Source: Bosea sp. (in: a-proteobacteria) (GTDB taxonomy: Bacteria > Pseudomonadota > Alphaproteobacteria > Rhizobiales > Beijerinckiaceae). Taken from it: a DNA stretch of 64,000 nt. The position numbers and the translations under genes are program-made. Positions 1 to 9,626 of this stretch are shown here, in pieces. Location of the stretch: the NCBI GenBank assembly GCA_035998995.1, contig DASYHC010000112.1, forward strand, positions 18,209 through 82,208, in the 5' to 3' direction. Positions within the stretch are counted from its first letter, which is position 1; every line of letters begins with the position of its first letter. A model generated the notes under the pieces. It did no database searches, was not told where the DNA came from, and saw only the letters and a program-made list of their open reading frames with translations.

Positions 1-1
1 C

Positions 2-445
2 CTCGCCACGCTGGCAGGCGTGGTCGGCAGGGATAATGTCGCCGACTTCCTCGTCTTCGGCGAACCCTCCGTCCAGACCCAGGACAAGTTCGCCATCGTT
101 GCCGGGCTGACGGGCTTCGAATATGTGCCGCCCGGCAGCGACGTACCGAAATGCTTCGAGCGGACCGCCCCGCAGACCGATCTCGCCATAGGAGCGAAAG
201 CTGCTGTCGAGGGGCCGCCTCCCCCCGTCGTGCCAAACCAGGCGACGGCGCTGAAGGAGGTGTCGATGAGCTGGTGGCTGTCGAAGCCTGTCCAGGAATA
301 TCTCGACCGGCAGACCTATCACCGGCGCAACTGCCAATCGCTTCTCAAGGCCCGCATGTGGCTCAACGAGCCTCTCTCCGCTCCCCAGCAGCGGACCATC
401 GCCGAGCAGCCGGCGAGCGCGCCGGTCAAGATGCCGGACCGTTGA
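2..445 (+). CDS. hypothetical protein, C-terminal part (5' end outside window)
   Basis: Frame is open from the window edge to the stop at 443-445. No motif recognised. Confidence 0.35.
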   Translation, partial: LATLAGVVGRDNVADFLVFGEPSVQTQDKFAIVAGLTGFEYVPPGSDVPKCFERTAPQTDLAIGAKAAVEGPPPPVVPNQATALKEVSMSWWLSKPVQEYLDRQTYHRRNCQSLLKARMWLNEPLSAPQQRTIAEQPASAPVKMPDR

Positions 446-812
446 CCCCGCGCCAGCGGCCATAGGCCCAGGGCTTGTACCAGGCGCCCTCGGGCGGCAG
501 TTCCTCGCAGACCAGGTCGATGCCGGAGGTGCCGAGCGGCGTGCAGCGGCAGATGCGGGCAAAGCCGACCCAGCCGCCGGCCCAGAGCCCGTGACGCTGG
601 ATCGCCTCGTCGGTGTATTCCGAACAGGTCGGCCAGTGCCGGCACTGACGGCCGATCAGCATGGAAAGGCTAAGCTGATAGCCGCGGATCAGCAGATGCG
701 CGCCCCGTCGTGGAGCAAGCGCAACGACGCGTCGCCATGAAAGGCTTTTTTCAGCATGTTTAGGCAGGTATGACTCAGGCGAACCCCGCCGCTCCCTCTC
801 ACCTCTCTCCAT
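426..812 (-). CDS. yidD: membrane protein insertion efficiency factor YidD
   Basis: CRHWPTCSEYTDEAIQRHG...RICRCTPLG matches the YidD Cys motifs. Start is uncertain: ATG 812 was chosen because the longer track ORF to 920 would overrun the divergent gene at 850. Confidence 0.75.
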   Translation of the reverse strand: MERGERERRGSPESYLPKHAEKSLSWRRVVALAPRRGAHLLIRGYQLSLSMLIGRQCRHWPTCSEYTDEAIQRHGLWAGGWVGFARICRCTPLGTSGIDLVCEELPPEGAWYKPWAYGRWRGVNGPAS

Positions 813-849
813 CGCCCCTCGCCGATTCTGCCCTTCCCACCCCCCGGTC

Positions 850-1581
850 ATGATGCGCGCACGTTTCCTTGCCTCCGCCACCGCCCTCTGCGGGCCGCTG
901 CTCGCCCTGGCCCTGGCCATGCCGGCGGCTGCACAACAGAGACCCTACCTGATCTGGCTCGACGCCGGCAAAATCGACGTCGCCAAGGTGATGGGCCTGC
1001 CGCCGGCCCAGAACTCCCCGGAGCACCGCGCCGAGTTCGAGAAGGTCCTTGCGATCTCCCAAGCCCGCACGCCCGAGCGCGAGAAGCAGGCGATCGCCGA
1101 CCAGTACCAGACGCTCAATGCCTTCCTGAACGGCATCGACCACGCCTATGTCGAAGGCACCCATCGCGAGACGCGGCTCCTGATGCGCGAGGCGCAGATC
1201 GAGCTCGCCATCCTGCTGAAGAGCGTCAACCGCATGACCAGCCGCATCCGACCGTTCCAGATGTGGAACAAGGTCAGGGTCAAGCCCTGCCCCGGCGGGC
1301 GGCCGGAAGGCACCTCCTTCCCCTCGGCCCATGCCGCGACCGCGGCGCTCTACGCTACGCTGCTCTCCGAGGCCGTGCCCGAGCTCGCCGACAAGTTCGA
1401 GGAGCGCGTCAAGAGCTATGACGAGAGCCGTCTTGTCTGCGGTTTCCATTATCCGACCGACCTGGAAGCCGGCGACAAGATCGGCCGCGTCGTCGCCAAG
1501 GCGCTGCTCGCCGAGAAAGCGTTCAAGGTCCGCTACGACGAGACGCGGGTCGAAACGCGGCAGGCCTTCGGGCTGAAATAG
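850..1581 (+). CDS. secreted PAP2-family (class A) acid phosphatase
   Basis: Signal peptide ending AMPAAAQ. PAP2 motifs present: KSVNRMTSRIRP (K-x6-RP), PSAH, SRLVCGFHYPTD. Confidence 0.8.
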   Translation: MMRARFLASATALCGPLLALALAMPAAAQQRPYLIWLDAGKIDVAKVMGLPPAQNSPEHRAEFEKVLAISQARTPEREKQAIADQYQTLNAFLNGIDHAYVEGTHRETRLLMREAQIELAILLKSVNRMTSRIRPFQMWNKVRVKPCPGGRPEGTSFPSAHAATAALYATLLSEAVPELADKFEERVKSYDESRLVCGFHYPTDLEAGDKIGRVVAKALLAEKAFKVRYDETRVETRQAFGLK

Positions 1582-1584
1582 CAC

Positions 1585-2046
1585 TCAGCCCGCGACGGTC
1601 TCGCGCCGCTTCGCCTCGATCTGGCCGATCGCGTCGACCACCGCGTCGAAGGTCAGCAAGGTCGAGGCGTGGCGGGCCTTGAAGTCGCGGACCGGCACGA
1701 GCACGGACAGATCCGCCCATTTGCCGTCCGGCGGCTCCGCTCCCTCCTTCAGGATCGCGCGCGCCTGCTCACGGACTTCGCGGAGCTCGGTGGCGGTCGA
1801 GCCGACGACATGTCGGGCCATGATCGAGGATGAAGCCTGGCCGAGCGCGCAGGCGCGGACATCGTGGCCGAAGCCGGTGACGACATCCTCGTGCATGGTC
1901 AGGTCGATGGTCACCGTCGAGCCACACAGCCGCGAATGGGCGGTCGCCGTCGCATCGGGCGCCGGCAAGCGCTCGAGCAACGGGATGTTTCCTGCCAATT
2001 CCAGGATTCGCTTGTTGTAGACGTCGTTCAGCATAAGCGAGCCCAT
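1585..2046 (-). CDS. NifU/IscU-like iron-sulfur cluster scaffold protein
   Basis: MLNDVYNKRILELAGNIP... with conserved Cys residues. ATG at 2046 or 2034. The rest of the 262-aa track ORF is upstream read-through. Confidence 0.75.
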   Translation of the reverse strand: MGSLMLNDVYNKRILELAGNIPLLERLPAPDATATAHSRLCGSTVTIDLTMHEDVVTGFGHDVRACALGQASSSIMARHVVGSTATELREVREQARAILKEGAEPPDGKWADLSVLVPVRDFKARHASTLLTFDAVVDAIGQIEAKRRETVAG

Positions 2047-2194
2047 GCGGGGGGGTGGATCGACCCGCCTTCCACTCCAATATAGAAAGGGCTCTCCCAA
2101 ATGGGGAGGGCCGTCTCGCCGCACCGGCTGACGAATTGATCCAACCCGGCTCTCCGCCCGTATGAAGGCGGGGTAGTAAAACGGAAGGCACCAC

Positions 2195-2836
2195 ATGGAC
2201 GCCGTGGTTAAGTCCTTGTCCGCCGACCAGGCCTTGCGCCCGGCCGCCGACACGTTCCTCGTCAGGAAGCCGACGCGGGAAGAAGCCGAGGAGGCGGTGC
2301 GGACGCTGCTTCTCTGGGCCGGCGACGATCCGTCGCGGGAGGGGCTGCTGGAGACGCCGCAGCGCGTCGCCAAGGCCTATCGCGAGTTCTACAAGGGTTA
2401 TGACGAGGACGCCGAAGAGATTCTCGAGCGCGTCTTCGAGGAGGTCGACGGCTACAAGGACATGGTCCTCGTCCGCGACATCCCATTCTATTCGCACTGC
2501 GAGCACCACATGGTGCCCTTCGTCGGCAAGGTCCATATCGGCTACTATCCGAATGGCGGCGTCGTCGGCCTGTCGAAGCTCGCGCGGGTCGTCGAGGTCT
2601 ATGCGCGCCGGTTGCAGACGCAGGAGACGATGACGGCACAGATCGCGCAGGCGATCGAGCGGTCGCTGAAGCCCGGCGGCGTCGCCGTCCTCGTCGAGGC
2701 CGAGCATATGTGCATGTCGATGCGCGGCGTGCAGAAGCAGGGCTCGTCGACGATGACGACGCAATACACCGGCCGCTTCCGCGATCCAGCCGAGCAGGTC
2801 CGCTTCTTCACCATGGTGAAGTCGCCGGGGCTGTGA
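2195..2836 (+). CDS. folE: GTP cyclohydrolase I
   Basis: [37 protein letters not shown]... is the typical FolE core. Confidence 0.95.
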   Translation: MDAVVKSLSADQALRPAADTFLVRKPTREEAEEAVRTLLLWAGDDPSREGLLETPQRVAKAYREFYKGYDEDAEEILERVFEEVDGYKDMVLVRDIPFYSHCEHHMVPFVGKVHIGYYPNGGVVGLSKLARVVEVYARRLQTQETMTAQIAQAIERSLKPGGVAVLVEAEHMCMSMRGVQKQGSSTMTTQYTGRFRDPAEQVRFFTMVKSPGL

Positions 2837-2854
2837 TCCGGCTTGCCGAAGCGC

Positions 2855-2948
2855 GTCATGCTCGGGCTGGACCCGAGTATCTCGGCAATCAGTACCCTCT
2901 TGTCATGAGATTCTCGGGTCGGCGCTTTGCGCCGCCCGAGAATGACGG
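2855..2948. repeat. REP-A composite palindromic intergenic repeat, copy 1
   Basis: gtcatgctcgggctggacccgagtatc ... tcatgagattctcgggtc..cccgagaatgacgg. The same two-module element recurs at 13911-14017 and, inverted, at 26986-27092. Confidence 0.85.
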
Positions 2949-2995
2949 CGCGCATTCGGTGCCCTATATGCGAGACCCTATTCTCAGGATCCCCC

Positions 2996-3397
2996 ATGAC
3001 CGCCTTCCCCACCCTCTCAGCCAAGGCCGATATCGAAGAGGGCACGGTGCTCGCGCCCAAGTTCGATCGCGATGGCCTCGTCACCTGCGTCACCACCGAT
3101 GCCGTAACCGGCGAGGTGCTGATGGTCGCGCATATGAACGCCGAATCGCTGCGCCTCAGCATCGAGACCGGTGAGGCCTGGTACTGGTCGCGCTCGCGCA
3201 AGGCGCTCTGGCGCAAGGGCGAGACCTCCGGCCAGCTCCAGAGCATCGTGGAAATGCGGGTCGACTGCGACCAGGACGCGATCTGGATCAAGGTCAATGT
3301 CGGCGGCGACGGCGGTTGCTGCCATACCGGGCGGCACAGCTGCTTCTATCGGGTTAAGCCCATCGGAGCCGCAGCAAATGGTGCGTTGACCTTCTGA
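2996..3397 (+). CDS. hisI: phosphoribosyl-AMP cyclohydrolase
   Basis: [39 protein letters not shown]...[15 protein letters not shown] is the HisI signature. ATG at 2996 lies just after the REP-A copy. Confidence 0.9.
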   Translation: MTAFPTLSAKADIEEGTVLAPKFDRDGLVTCVTTDAVTGEVLMVAHMNAESLRLSIETGEAWYWSRSRKALWRKGETSGQLQSIVEMRVDCDQDAIWIKVNVGGDGGCCHTGRHSCFYRVKPIGAAANGALTF

Positions 3398-3547
3398 ACC
3401 CCCAACTTCCTGCTTCGTTGGCGATCCTTTCACCACGCTTTCATGTTTTCTTCAAAGGCGACTGATAGCCGCCCAAGATCCCGGCGCCGTTCATCCTTCG
3501 CTCATCGGCCCGCGCGATCCTGAGCCTCCCGCGGAGGGATCGCGCCG

Positions 3548-4567
3548 ATGAGACTGGAGAACATCGCCAGACGGGCCTTCGGATTAGGCGGCGGCGGAGC
3601 TGCGATGAACGATCTCGTTTCCGAATCTGCTCCCCGGTTAAGCCGGCCGCGGATCGGCCTGGCGCTCGGCGGCGGCGCCGCGCGCGGCTGGGCCCATATC
3701 GGCGTCCTCGATGTCCTGACCGAGGCCGGCTATGCGCCGGAAGTCATCGCCGGCACCTCGATCGGCGCCGTGGTCGGCGGCTGCTACGCTGCCGACAAGC
3801 TGGAGCAACTGCGTGAATTCGCGCTCGGCCTGACCAAGCGACGCGTCGTCGGCCTGATGGATTTCCATCTCGGCGGCGCCGGGCTGATCTCGGGCGGCCG
3901 GCTGAAGCGCCTGCTGGAACGCGACCTTGCCGGCCTGCACATCAGCGATCTCAAGCAGACCTATGCCGCGGTCGCGACCGAACTCGGCACCGGTCACGAG
4001 ATCTGGCTGACCCGCGGCTCATTGGTCGACGCGCTGCGCGCCTCCTATGCGCTGCCGGGCGTGTTCGATCCGGTGAAGCTGGGCGGGCGCTGGCTGATGG
4101 ACGGGGCCCTGGTCAATCCGGTGCCGGTCACGGTGGCGCGGGCGCTCGGCGCCGACGTCGTGCTCTGCGTCAACCTCAATAGCGACATGACCGGCCGCGG
4201 CACGGTGATCCAGTCCTATGGCGCCGATCCCGACCCGGAACCCGTGGCCGAGCAGCGCCCGGCCAGCGGCTGGTTCGGCGGGATGCGCGATCGCATGCGC
4301 GGCATCGTCGGCAAGGCCAACCACGACCAGCAGCCGGGGCTTGCCGGTGTGATGGTCGACGCCTTCAACATCACGCAGGATAGGATCTCGCGCTCGCGCC
4401 TCGCCGGCGACCCGCCGGATGTGATGATCGGGCCCAAGCTCGGCCGCGTCGGCCTGTTCGACTTCCACCGTGCCGATGAGGCGATCGCGCTGGGCCGGCA
4501 GGCGGCCGAACGCGCGCTGGACGAGATCGCGGCGATCGTCGCGGCCAACCACCTGCCGCTGAACTAG
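3548..4567 (+). CDS. patatin-like phospholipase family protein
   Basis: GGGAARGWAHIGVL oxyanion motif, GTSIGA nucleophile elbow, DGALVNPVP Asp motif. Alternative start at 3605. Confidence 0.85.
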   Translation: MRLENIARRAFGLGGGGAAMNDLVSESAPRLSRPRIGLALGGGAARGWAHIGVLDVLTEAGYAPEVIAGTSIGAVVGGCYAADKLEQLREFALGLTKRRVVGLMDFHLGGAGLISGGRLKRLLERDLAGLHISDLKQTYAAVATELGTGHEIWLTRGSLVDALRASYALPGVFDPVKLGGRWLMDGALVNPVPVTVARALGADVVLCVNLNSDMTGRGTVIQSYGADPDPEPVAEQRPASGWFGGMRDRMRGIVGKANHDQQPGLAGVMVDAFNITQDRISRSRLAGDPPDVMIGPKLGRVGLFDFHRADEAIALGRQAAERALDEIAAIVAANHLPLN

Positions 4568-4589
4568 CGGCAGGTTGCGGGTCAGCGCC

Positions 4590-5021
4590 TCACGCCATCG
4601 CGATATAGTCGCGCATTGCCCGGCTTTCGGCCTCGATCTCGGCGACGCGATGCTTGACCACGTCACCGATCGAGACGATGCCGGCGATCCGGCCGTCATC
4701 GACCACCGGCACATGCCGGAAGCGGCCCGAGGTCATGATCTCCATCAGATCGTCGACGCTTGTGTCGGGCCGGCAGGTCACGACCTTGGCAGTCATCGCG
4801 CGGGACACCGGCGTGTCCAAGGCGGCGGCGCCGTCTGTGCCCAAGGCCTTGATGATGTCACGCTCGGACAGGATGCCGAGCAAGCCGCCATCGGCCCCGG
4901 TCACGACCACGGCGCCGATCCGCTTCTCGGCCAAGGTCCGCACCGCCTCGCCAAGCGTCCGATGCGGCTGCACCGAAACAACCTCGACGCCCTTGTTGCC
5001 GAGAATATGAACGACGTTCAT
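4590..5021 (-). CDS. CBS domain-containing protein
   Basis: Two CBS repeats (GILSERDIIKAL, GIVSIGDVVKH). GGAGGAG RBS precedes the ATG at 5021. Confidence 0.85.
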   Translation of the reverse strand: MNVVHILGNKGVEVVSVQPHRTLGEAVRTLAEKRIGAVVVTGADGGLLGILSERDIIKALGTDGAAALDTPVSRAMTAKVVTCRPDTSVDDLMEIMTSGRFRHVPVVDDGRIAGIVSIGDVVKHRVAEIEAESRAMRDYIAMA

Positions 5022-5207
5022 CGACTTCTCCTCCGACGGTAGCGACGCCGTTGGCCGGCGCTCGTTGATGAATTCGACGGGAGCAGCGCCGGAACGCGGA
5101 TCGTTGCATCCGCAATGCGACGCCACCTTGGACTCGTTCGACTGTGAGCGAAGTCTGAGGCGACGGCAAGGCGCTCGCGGCAGGAAAGCTGCCCGCTCCG
5201 GTTGCAG

Positions 5208-6026
5208 TCAGCGCCGAACCGGGCCGCGATCGAGCAACGGCAACAGCAGGAGCCCGGCGAGGAAGCCGCCGATATGCGCTTCCCAGGCGATGCTGGTCTC
5301 TTCGCCGAGGATCGGCACCAGCCCGGCGCCGAAGATGATGTTGGTGACGAACCAGATCACCACGAAGAGCATCGCCCGCGAGTTGCGCCAGAGGCCGCCG
5401 AGCGGCTCGGCCGGGATCATGCGCACGACCTCGTCATGGCCGAGGCCGCCGAAATGGACGCCGGGCGAGAAGACGAAGCGGATCGCAGCCGCCGTCGCGC
5501 CGGAAACACCGGCCGAGGCGCCGACGAGTGGCAGCACGTCGAGCTCGCGCGACCACCAGTGCAGCAGGGCGCCGGCGATCGTCGAGAGTGCCATCAGCAG
5601 CAGGAAGCGCCCGGCCCCGAGCCGGCGCGCGACCGGGCTGCCGAAGGCGGCCAGCCAGACGACATTCGAGATCAGGTGCAGCCAGGAGCCGTGCAGCAGG
5701 CCATAGCTGAGCAGGGTCCAGAGCTGGCCGTCGCCATCCGCCAGCAGGAGACGCACCAGTTGCAGGCGCTGGGCGATATCGGAGGCGCCGGACGTATCGA
5801 GCGTCCGGGCGATGTCCTCCAGGCGCTCGGGCGAGAACCAGAGCGTCAATCGCGCCGGCACGAAGGACAGCCAGGAGACGAGGAGAAAATCGTCGCGCGC
5901 GCTGAGCAGCTCGCGCGCGCCCTGGATCAGCGTCAAGGCCGCGATCAACCAGACGACGGCGCCGGGCAGGTTGAAGACCGGCTCGCGGGCCGGAGGCGCA
6001 TGGGGATCGTCTGGGTTCGCCGACAT
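5208..6026 (-). CDS. rhomboid family intramembrane serine protease
   Basis: Multi-TM protein with GASAGVSG (catalytic Ser) and AHIGGFLAGLL (catalytic His). GAGGG RBS precedes the ATG at 6026. Confidence 0.85.
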   Translation of the reverse strand: MSANPDDPHAPPAREPVFNLPGAVVWLIAALTLIQGARELLSARDDFLLVSWLSFVPARLTLWFSPERLEDIARTLDTSGASDIAQRLQLVRLLLADGDGQLWTLLSYGLLHGSWLHLISNVVWLAAFGSPVARRLGAGRFLLLMALSTIAGALLHWWSRELDVLPLVGASAGVSGATAAAIRFVFSPGVHFGGLGHDEVVRMIPAEPLGGLWRNSRAMLFVVIWFVTNIIFGAGLVPILGEETSIAWEAHIGGFLAGLLLLPLLDRGPVRR

Positions 6027-6210
6027 CACGCCCTCACTGGCGCATGGGCCTGCGGCAGGCAACAGAAAAGGGGAGAGCGATCGCTCTCCCCTCTCCTCCC
6101 CGGCCGGTCACGCCCCCGCGCCCCCGCCTTTTCCAGATGAGCCCCGACGCTTCACGCGGGCTCGAATTCGACAGCCGATTTATGGGGCATTTTAGGGATC
6201 TTCCACAAGC

Positions 6211-6226
6211 TTAACCCTTGCTTAAC
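6211..6226. promoter_or_regulatory. candidate CtrA-type box TTAA-N7-TTAAC
   Basis: TTAACCCTTGCTTAAC lies in the divergent region between the rhomboid and PAS genes. A third TTAA sits at 6228-6231. Confidence 0.35.
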
Positions 6227-6394
6227 CTTAACGACCCCTGCCGCCTCCCCCTGTCCGGGTCGCGTGGCAAGACGGCATGCGGGCTGCGTCCTCCCGATTC
6301 GCAAGGACCCGACAGTCCCCGCCTCGAACGAAAGCGATCCGAATTGACACGCATTCGCACGAACAGGGACAGCGCAGACCGGACAGGACAGGAT

Positions 6395-6967
6395 ATGAAG
6401 AACCCGAGCACCCGCCTGGTTTTCGACTACTGGGACACGTTGCGCGGCGATCGGAGCGCTCCCGAACGGGGCGAGATCGAGCCGGGAGCGCTGCGCCACG
6501 CGCTGGCCGACACCTTCGTGCTCGAGAACGAGCCAATCGGGCCGGTCTTCCGCCTCGCCGGCACGCGGCTCTGCGCTCTGTTCGGCCGCGAGCTGCGCGG
6601 ACGCGCCTTCACCGCGCTCTGGCCCGATGTCGAGGCGCAGGGCGACATGCGCCGCCTGGTCCAGACCGTGATGGACGAGACGGCGGGCGCCGTCGCCGGC
6701 CTCACGGCGCAGACTGAGAACGGCGCTACGGTGCATCTCGAGTTGCTTCTGCTGCCGCTCCGCTATCGCGGGCGGACCCATGCACGCATCCTCGGGGCGC
6801 TGTCGCCGGCCCTGTCGCCGGAATGGCTCGGCCTCGATACGCTCGATTCGATGCGGATGATCTCGCTCAGGATGATCTGGCCGGATGCGCGCGCGCTGCG
6901 CCCGGCCGACGCTACGACCCAGGACAAGCGGCCGAAATTGATGCTCCTGCCCGGCGGCCGTATCTGA
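6395..6967 (+). CDS. PAS domain-containing protein (alphaproteobacterial PAS_5-like)
   Basis: MKNPSTRLVFDYWDTLRGDRSAPERGEIEP..FRLAGTRLCALFGRELRG resembles the small PAS_5 family as I recall it. ATG at 6395. Confidence 0.65.
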   Translation: MKNPSTRLVFDYWDTLRGDRSAPERGEIEPGALRHALADTFVLENEPIGPVFRLAGTRLCALFGRELRGRAFTALWPDVEAQGDMRRLVQTVMDETAGAVAGLTAQTENGATVHLELLLLPLRYRGRTHARILGALSPALSPEWLGLDTLDSMRMISLRMIWPDARALRPADATTQDKRPKLMLLPGGRI

Positions 6968-7003
6968 TAGCACTAACCACCTCTTAACCGCCGAGCCGGT
7001 AGC

Positions 7004-7645
7004 ATGACCCTGTTAGGAACAAGGTCTGCAATGCTGACGGCGCCCCAAAATCCGAAGACGGGCTCGGTCCCGGTCGAGCGCCGGCGGCATCAGCGCATGA
7101 AAGTCGTCCTGCTCGGACGCTACATGCTGCCCAACCGCATGGAATATCCGTGCCAGACCACCGACATCTCGCCGGGTGGCCTGCATATGGTCGCGCCGGC
7201 CAAACCCATGGTCGGCGACCGCGTCATCGTCTACCTGGAGCATCTCGGCCGGATCGAGGGCACGGCGGTGCGGACCACGTCTGCCGGCTTTGCGATGACC
7301 ATCACCGCGACCAGCCGCAAGCGCGAGAAATTCACCGCACAGCTGACCTGGCTCGCCAATCGCGACGAGCTCGGCCTGCCGGAGGATCGGCGCCACGAAC
7401 GCATCGTGCCGCGCAATCCACGCTGCGTCGTCACCTTCGAAGACGGCACCGAGCATGCCGTGCGGCTGATCGACATCTCGCTGTCGGGCGCGGCCTTCGC
7501 CAGCGACCACCAGTTCGAGATGGGCACGGCGATCCGACTCGGCGGCACCGCGGCGATGATCGTGCGGCGCTTCGACGGCGGCTATGCCGCCCAGTTCCGC
7601 ATGCCGCTCTCGGCCGACGCGCTCGACGAGAATCTCGAGCTCTGA
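7004..7645 (+). CDS. PilZ domain-containing protein (two PilZ-like halves)
   Basis: ERRRHQRMKV...DISPGGL and DRRHERIVPR...DISLSGAAF match the RxxxR...D/NxSxxG PilZ motifs, present twice. Confidence 0.75.
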   Translation: MTLLGTRSAMLTAPQNPKTGSVPVERRRHQRMKVVLLGRYMLPNRMEYPCQTTDISPGGLHMVAPAKPMVGDRVIVYLEHLGRIEGTAVRTTSAGFAMTITATSRKREKFTAQLTWLANRDELGLPEDRRHERIVPRNPRCVVTFEDGTEHAVRLIDISLSGAAFASDHQFEMGTAIRLGGTAAMIVRRFDGGYAAQFRMPLSADALDENLEL

Positions 7646-7793
7646 GCCCGGATCAGGGCGCCGCTTCTTTCAACCGAACGCCTCGCCTGCCTTCGCGGAG
7701 CCGCGACCAGATCTCGGCAGCCACGGCCGAATCCATAAACTGATTGGCAACGCCGACTTCGGTGCGCCTCATGGCGTCCGGGAGGATGTCGTC

Positions 7794-8243
7794 ATGAGCG
7801 CATCCGTTGCACGAGCACTGAAGCTGGCAGGCGCGTTCGCGTCGCTCTCTGTCGTCGCCTGGTTTGCCATGGAGTGGTGGGTGACGCGATCGGCCGACAT
7901 CCTCGTCATCGAGAAGGGCTCCGGCACCCTGCAGCCCAATGGCCCGCATTTCGTCGTTGTCGACGGCGGCGAGGCATTCATGGTCGGCATCTCCACCGTT
8001 GGTAGCGAAGACCGCAACGCGCTTTGGGAGAAGCTCAAACCGGGTTGCCGATACAGCATTCGCTATATCGATCAGAGCCGCTACCCCGTCCCCAGTGGAA
8101 AGAGCGGAATGAGTGGCTACTTCATTTTCAGCGCATTGCCGCTCGATTGCCCCGGCCCGCCGGCCGAACCCGTCACGAAAGCGCCAACCGCGGAAGAGTT
8201 GCTCGACCGACTGACCGGCGCACGAAAAGCGCCCCGGCCCTAA
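7794..8243 (+). CDS. hypothetical membrane-anchored protein
   Basis: GGGAGGA RBS, N-terminal TM helix, GC3-rich frame. No motif recognised. Confidence 0.5.
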   Translation: MSASVARALKLAGAFASLSVVAWFAMEWWVTRSADILVIEKGSGTLQPNGPHFVVVDGGEAFMVGISTVGSEDRNALWEKLKPGCRYSIRYIDQSRYPVPSGKSGMSGYFIFSALPLDCPGPPAEPVTKAPTAEELLDRLTGARKAPRP

Positions 8244-8359
8244 GGCCGGCCTTGTACTGGACGCGCTCAGTGCAATCTCCGCAGACGGACAGCCTCGCCT
8301 TTGTCGGAGCGGCAAGGCGACCGTGCGACCAGCCCAGCTCCAACCACAGACACCGCCAT

Positions 8360-8398
8360 GGTTAAGAGACTGGATGGTTAAGGAAAGCCACGGTTAAG
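8360..8398 (+). promoter_or_regulatory. three direct GGTTAAG repeats with 16-bp period
   Basis: GGTTAAG at 8360, 8376 and 8392, about 170 bp upstream of the BTLCP gene. Confidence 0.5.
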
Positions 8399-8565
8399 AT
8401 TTCCTGACGTGAGCGCTGAGAATTCTTACCGTCGCTTTTATACCTGATTTTCTCTAAGTACTTTCATCGTCAATAGGCTCGATTTCAGTAAAATTGCTCG
8501 CTTTCACTTCAAGCGATCTCTACAGCCCAAGAGCATGGTCGTTCCCGGGACAGGAAAGGGACGAC

Positions 8566-9198
8566 ATGTTTTCGACTTACCGGGGACTTCGCGGCTTCGC
8601 CGCTGCCACCATCATCGCTCTTGCCGGCGTGACCGGCGCTGAAGCGCAGCAGACCGGCAACCTGCCGGTCGCCAGTGCGCCGATCGTCGCCGGCGGCGAC
8701 GCCCGTGCGCCTTACGCCTGGACGGATTTCTGCAAGCGCAGCCCGAGCGAATGCGCCGTCGACACCCGCGAAGCCGAGCAGGTCGAGCTGACGCCGAAGC
8801 TGTGGAAGCTGGTCGTCGCGGCCAATCTCAAGGCCAATCGCGAGATCGAGGCGATCACCGACCAGGATCACTGGGGCGTGGTCGACCGCTGGGACATCCC
8901 CACCGACGGCAAGGGCGATTGCGAGGACTATGTCCTGCTGAAGCGCCAGCGCCTGGCCGAGGCCGGCGTGCCGCGGCGGGCGATGCGCGTCACCGTGGTG
9001 ATCGACGAGGAGAATGCCGGCCACGCCGTGCTGATGATCCGCACCGACCGCGGCGACTTCATCCTCGACAACAAGCGCAACGCGATCCTGCCGTGGAGCC
9101 AGACCGGCTACACCTACGTCAAGCGTGAATCCCAGGCCCGCACCGGCTGGGCCTCGCTCGGCGGCCTCTCGACCTCGACGGTGGCCTCGCTGCGCTGA
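8566..9198 (+). CDS. transglutaminase-like cysteine peptidase (BTLCP/LapG family), secreted
   Basis: Signal peptide present. Cys-His-Asp triad context: GDCEDYVLLK, GHAVLMI, FILDN. Confidence 0.85.
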   Translation: MFSTYRGLRGFAAATIIALAGVTGAEAQQTGNLPVASAPIVAGGDARAPYAWTDFCKRSPSECAVDTREAEQVELTPKLWKLVVAANLKANREIEAITDQDHWGVVDRWDIPTDGKGDCEDYVLLKRQRLAEAGVPRRAMRVTVVIDEENAGHAVLMIRTDRGDFILDNKRNAILPWSQTGYTYVKRESQARTGWASLGGLSTSTVASLR

Positions 9199-9328
9199 GA
9201 AAGACAGCGCGCCGGGCGGGGACGAAACCCGGCGCGCATACCAGATCGGCGAAGTCCGGGCGGGCTTCGCCACCAGACGACGAGTCCGGTCACGTCCCCA
9301 CCCACCCGTCCCCGACCGGGCACGTCCA

Positions 9329-9357
9329 GGGCCGGCTCCTTCCCCAGGAGCCGGCCC
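9329..9357 (+). terminator. hairpin terminator candidate
   Basis: GGGCCGGCTCCT-tcccc-AGGAGCCGGCCC is a 12-bp perfect stem followed by a T-rich tract. A half copy recurs at about 10285-10315. Confidence 0.5.
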
Positions 9358-9567
9358 GATTCGTTAATTAATTGATTTTATTACGAAAATTCTCTTGCCG
9401 ATAAACTTATTCTAACAAGTTCCCTACGCCGCTAATGCCGGCAATGTCGCTACTGCCCGCCGTAAAATCGGAAATCCGTCATGTCGCTGGGCATATTGCG
9501 ACGCCGCTGCTTGCCGCAACGACCGCAACGATAAGGCTTTTGCGGCTGCCCCTAGTTCCATCTAGCT

Positions 9568-9592
9568 GGAACCTCAGCGCCGCATCTTGGTT
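9568..9592 (+). promoter_or_regulatory. candidate EcfG-type (general stress) promoter GGAAC-N17-GTT
   Basis: GGAAC at 9568-9572 and GTT at 9590-9592, about 35 nt upstream of the DUF1236 gene start. Confidence 0.4.
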
Positions 9593-9626
9593 GCTGCATC
9601 AAGCACGCAATACCGGGAGATCGGTC

